Origin: Candidatus Poriferihabitaceae bacterium
Lineage (GTDB): Bacteria > Pseudomonadota > Gammaproteobacteria > Arenicellales > Poriferihabitantaceae
NCBI GenBank assembly: GCA_965223465.1
Contig: OZ245025.1
Coordinates: forward strand, 2,253,900 to 2,317,899
DNA: 64,000 nt
Direction of reading: 5' to 3'
The position numbers and the translations under genes are program-made. Below the pieces are notes generated by a model. The model was not told where the DNA came from, ran no database searches, and worked only from the letters and a program-made list of their open reading frames with translations. Shown here one piece after another: positions 60,518-64,000 of the stretch (position 1 is the stretch's first letter; each line of letters begins with the position of its first letter).

Positions 60518-61768
60518 TTACTGATCGTCCAACAGCACCGGCACCAACGCCGGCATACTAACGACAGCGCTGGTGTTTTTAACCGGTTTTAGCCGAAATA
60601 ATCCGGTTACTTCACCCCGATCACTGGTGAAATACAAATGTCCATCCGGCCCGATTAAGGCACCGACTGGGCGCGCAAAACGTGAGCCATCTGCGCGCTG
60701 AAACCCAGTGATAATATCTACAACGCTTTGTGGTTGATTTTGGGCAAACTTAACCATCACCAGCTTGGGTGGGCGTCGTGAAGCATTACCGCCTCCAGGT
60801 GGTCTTGCCCAGGAACCATGGATGGCAACAAAGGCATTGCCAATGAACTCAGATCCCAGTGAAGTGTTGGGCGCGAATGCGATTGCCATCGGGGTGCTAC
60901 GCGCATCAAAGGTAACGCTGGGAGGCGTGGCCTCGCTAGCAGGTCGGGGTGGAGGAGGGTTTGAAATACAGCCCTGACGCTCGAATTGCCCATCGATATA
61001 TTGAAACCACGGCATGCCATGGTAGGAACCTACTGCCAGCGCTGAAAATATTTCTCTCGGCTGATTAAACCCTAAATCATCCGAACCCGCATTGGTTGCA
61101 AACAATTGATTCAATGCAGGGTCAAAAGCCAGCCCAATCGGGTTGCGCAAACCAGATGAAAACGGCACCAGTGCTGGGCTTGCTCCCGCTTCGTCCAACC
61201 TGAAAACACCACCTCGACGTAATTCGAAAAGATAGGCGTTATCCAAATATTCGTTACTGCAATTCCCGCTGATACCCAGACCAATATATAGCGCATTGTC
61301 TGGCCCCACGATTACCGTTCGGCTTGCATGCCCTCCCGTTACCGAAGGCAAACTTACGTAATCGAAAAAATCACTTTCATTCAGATTGGTTGTCAGGCCA
61401 TTATAGCTCGCGGTTAACAGCATACCAGGGTCTGCGGTAAATAACGCGCCATCACGGTAGACCACGCTATGATGATTGCTACCGGACAAATTCGCTAGAA
61501 CCTGCGGGTTGGTGTAGGGTGGGGCAACCCGGTAAATGCGTGAATTATTGGTTCCCACCAATAGCTCATTGTTCGGACCTAAAGATAAAAAACGTGGGCC
61601 CGCCATCGAACCTAGAAACTCAACCTCGGTGTTAGCAGGAACTTGTAATTGCACGCTATGGCCATTGGCCGTCAACGTTTGGGTTTGGTAATTGAGCGCC
61701 ACAACCGATTGTGGGAATATCCCTAACACGAATAGGCCCGCAAACAAGCTATATTTTTTAGTAAACAT
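60518..61768 (-). CDS. PQQ-dependent sugar (glucose/sorbosone) dehydrogenase-like beta-propeller protein
   Basis: 416 aa; signal peptide and a GLRNPIGLAFDP propeller motif. Confidence 0.55.
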   Translation of the reverse strand: MFTKKYSLFAGLFVLGIFPQSVVALNYQTQTLTANGHSVQLQVPANTEVEFLGSMAGPRFLSLGPNNELLVGTNNSRIYRVAPPYTNPQVLANLSGSNHHSVVYRDGALFTADPGMLLTASYNGLTTNLNESDFFDYVSLPSVTGGHASRTVIVGPDNALYIGLGISGNCSNEYLDNAYLFELRRGGVFRLDEAGASPALVPFSSGLRNPIGLAFDPALNQLFATNAGSDDLGFNQPREIFSALAVGSYHGMPWFQYIDGQFERQGCISNPPPPRPASEATPPSVTFDARSTPMAIAFAPNTSLGSEFIGNAFVAIHGSWARPPGGGNASRRPPKLVMVKFAQNQPQSVVDIITGFQRADGSRFARPVGALIGPDGHLYFTSDRGEVTGLFRLKPVKNTSAVVSMPALVPVLLDDQ

Positions 61769-61914
61769 AAAATAAATCCTCCAAGAATTATCTTATCAGA
61801 GGGTGTAGCCCATGGCAAAAAAGGAGGCAGCGGCCTAATTTACTATTCATAGTAGTTTCAGCTCGGCCCTGCGGTCATTTTGGAGCGATATAACAGAGGA
61901 ATAAATCGCTTGGG

Positions 61915-62502
61915 TTAATCGTTTCTTGTTTTGAGTTGACTGACCTTAAATAAGGAACTAAGCGGTGTTTGACGAGCTCCAGGTATCAACCGGAATGCTT
62001 CACCAACTCGAATACTGCCGGTGGACTTGACTGAGAGGTAAAATCCACTAAAGCCGGTTTGCGCCATTTTTTTGGCCGCGAGCTTATCTTGCATTACCGC
62101 ATTAAATTTGAAACAGGGCTGACGTGGCTCTGTGATGCGTAACACACAGTGGTTAAAATGCAGCTCATCACCCACAAAAACATCTGATTCCAACAAGCCG
62201 GAAATCGTTAGGTTTTCTCCCAAACTGCCGAAGGGCAGGGTGCCTGAATGATTGGATTGCTGCGCCTGTTTTGTCCAATAGGCATAGTGCTCCGCTGGGT
62301 AGGCGTAAACCGCTCTCGATAACCCACCATGTACGCTTAAATCAGCTTGCTCATCGCCCTCCAACCCAAGGGTCGTTACTTTAACTTCACCCGCTACCGG
62401 GGTTTTGTGGATTGCGGTCATTACGCTGTTACCCGCTATTTCGATGGGTTTGGCTGTGCCGATCTGAACACCCAACACCTTAAAATGATGCTTCACCGTC
62501 AT
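61915..62502 (-). CDS. MOSC-domain protein (YiiM-like)
   Basis: 195 aa; GLEGDEQADLSVHGG and ITEPRQPCFKF motifs. Confidence 0.8.
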   Translation of the reverse strand: MTVKHHFKVLGVQIGTAKPIEIAGNSVMTAIHKTPVAGEVKVTTLGLEGDEQADLSVHGGLSRAVYAYPAEHYAYWTKQAQQSNHSGTLPFGSLGENLTISGLLESDVFVGDELHFNHCVLRITEPRQPCFKFNAVMQDKLAAKKMAQTGFSGFYLSVKSTGSIRVGEAFRLIPGARQTPLSSLFKVSQLKTRND

Positions 62503-62559
62503 TTACACCTATTCGCAGCTTCAATATAGACATAATTAGTAACAACAGATAAGCACATA

Positions 62560-63549
62560 CTAGTTGCAGCTATACGAGCAAATTGTGTTTGAACTTGAAT
62601 CCCAACACCATAAGTTTTCTTGCGTTAGGTGAACACCCCCAATCCAGTAATCTGGGCTGCTTATATCCAACCAATGGCTTTTACCCGCCAGTACTTTTTC
62701 CCCCGCTGGCGTTATAGATAACTGACTATCTTTTAGTGCTGGCCAAATTAGTCTTTGGTTTTTTGATGATTCCAGCAAGGACGGCGCCGAATCCAGGAGC
62801 GCTTGCAGAATAATCCAAAAGCTGGCATCGCCCATAAATATACGTGTTTCTAGCTGCTGGTTCTGCGCAAAGATTTTTCCAGGGTGCCGCACCCCACTTG
62901 CGATAATCTGTAACGCTTGTTGCGCGGTACGCGAAAGCCCATTCAATACACTTGGATATTCTTCGAGCTGCCGGATAATCGCTCCTTCCAGAAAAGGTAA
63001 GGCGCTGGTATCTACGTGGCGAAGCGCACTCCATTTTTCCGGTGTGCTGGATCGAAAAGCCGCCCATGCTTTACTTGCCAGCGATAAATGGGTTTGCGTA
63101 ATCGGCACCTCGAACTGAACCAGGTCTTGCATTTCTGCAGGCGAAAGCATGCCCAAATAGTTATCCGTACAAATCATGGATAAAGGGATATCAGGTTTGT
63201 GCACATGAATCCAATCTAGTATTTGTAGCAATTGCAGCTGGTCATATAAATCATGTTCAAACCACAAAATAACTCTTTCGTAGCGTTCACAATCTTCCAA
63301 AATGCGGTCTCTTGCCACAAACCCTTTTTTGATTTGTTCGGCTTTGCCCCAGCCACGACTCGCGATAAATTTTGCGCGAACCCCCGAAAGCGCTTGCAGG
63401 GAAAGCCCCTCCGGTACCGGCCCGTCGTGCAGCACATCACGCCAGGGCAAGAATACACCCGGGATATCGGCCCGCTGCATGATTTCAACCGCACTATCTC
63501 CATTAGTGATGTTAAGGATTTCTCTCATGTTTTTCACTCTACCTATCAT
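62560..63549 (-). CDS. DUF1835-domain protein
   Basis: LNITNGDSAVEIM...FLPWRDVLHDGPVP is the DUF1835 N-terminal pattern. The true start may be the Met at 63528. Confidence 0.6.
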   Translation of the reverse strand: MIGRVKNMREILNITNGDSAVEIMQRADIPGVFLPWRDVLHDGPVPEGLSLQALSGVRAKFIASRGWGKAEQIKKGFVARDRILEDCERYERVILWFEHDLYDQLQLLQILDWIHVHKPDIPLSMICTDNYLGMLSPAEMQDLVQFEVPITQTHLSLASKAWAAFRSSTPEKWSALRHVDTSALPFLEGAIIRQLEEYPSVLNGLSRTAQQALQIIASGVRHPGKIFAQNQQLETRIFMGDASFWIILQALLDSAPSLLESSKNQRLIWPALKDSQLSITPAGEKVLAGKSHWLDISSPDYWIGGVHLTQENLWCWDSSSNTICSYSCN

Positions 63550-63613
63550 TCCTCAACACCGTAATGCCCGCACTCAACTTAGTTACAATTTCCTTAAGGC
63601 CCGCCTTATAAGG

Positions 63614-63985
63614 CTAAACAAAAGCGTAAACAAGAAACCCACCAAATACAGCAGCAAACATCCCTCCCAACCGGCCAAACGCCTTTAACTCATTTAGTGC
63701 CCATGCCATAAGTTTTAGAAAATTTTGCCGACCCATTACGGCCAAGATTAGCGCTACAATGATCGCAAGCCAGCCTAGCACGCTAATCGCAGCGGGATAC
63801 TTAGATAAGGCGGCTTGGCCTACCAACAGCATACCAAGCGCGAACCTTACCACCACTGCCAGCACATGGACGACTGGCTTGGTGTAATAACGTCGCAAAA
63901 ATCCGAAGATCAACTCAGGGTTGATCATAATTACCAATCCCACGAGCAAGATCAGAACACCGAATATAATCAACAGCATGGTCAT
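63614..63985 (-). CDS. Small four-TM membrane protein, unknown function
   Basis: 123 aa, almost entirely hydrophobic helices. Confidence 0.45.
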   Translation of the reverse strand: MTMLLIIFGVLILLVGLVIMINPELIFGFLRRYYTKPVVHVLAVVVRFALGMLLVGQAALSKYPAAISVLGWLAIIVALILAVMGRQNFLKLMAWALNELKAFGRLGGMFAAVFGGFLVYAFV

Positions 63986-64000
63986 ACCTTAATTCTCTGG

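Overview
This 64-kb window looks like chromosomal DNA from a gammaproteobacterium. Housekeeping genes dominate: rpoD, hisG, hrpA, ppiA, moaA, the tig-clpP-clpX operon preceded by a tRNA operon, dsbD, groES-groEL, aceK, metY, dut, coaBC and rpiA. Six accessory or unusual elements stand out. (1) At 33033-33418 a tRNA-Arg(UCU) gene is interrupted in its anticodon loop by a ~309-nt group I intron with a recognisable catalytic core. (2) At 1-7931 an eight-gene minus-strand operon encodes two secreted Q/N/G-rich tandem-repeat proteins. One of them consists of ten near-identical 36-aa (108-bp) repeats. The same operon encodes a CsgG-like lipoprotein fused to peptidoglycan-binding and DUF4384-like modules, two small secreted proteins, an OmpA-like protein, a GIN/DUF2807 protein, and a Sel1/coiled-coil/caspase-like protein. 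I read this as a non-canonical curli-like fibre system. (3) At 51813-53057 there are two integron-type gene cassettes with matched core and inverse-core sequences and imperfect-palindrome attC sites, but no integrase in the window. (4) RpoD carries a ~135-aa histone-H1-like lysine-rich N-terminal extension. (5) A porGAB-type 2-oxoacid oxidoreductase is coupled to a GltD-like flavoprotein whose C-terminus supplies the otherwise missing ferredoxin (delta) module. (6) Smaller oddities are a DsbD with a duplicated alpha domain, a coaC/coaB split with a 7-nt overlap, a perfect CIRCE operator at groESL, and a probable 6S RNA upstream of the 5-formyl-THF cyclo-ligase gene. All calls come from reading the sequence and the supplied ORF translations. 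No database search was run.
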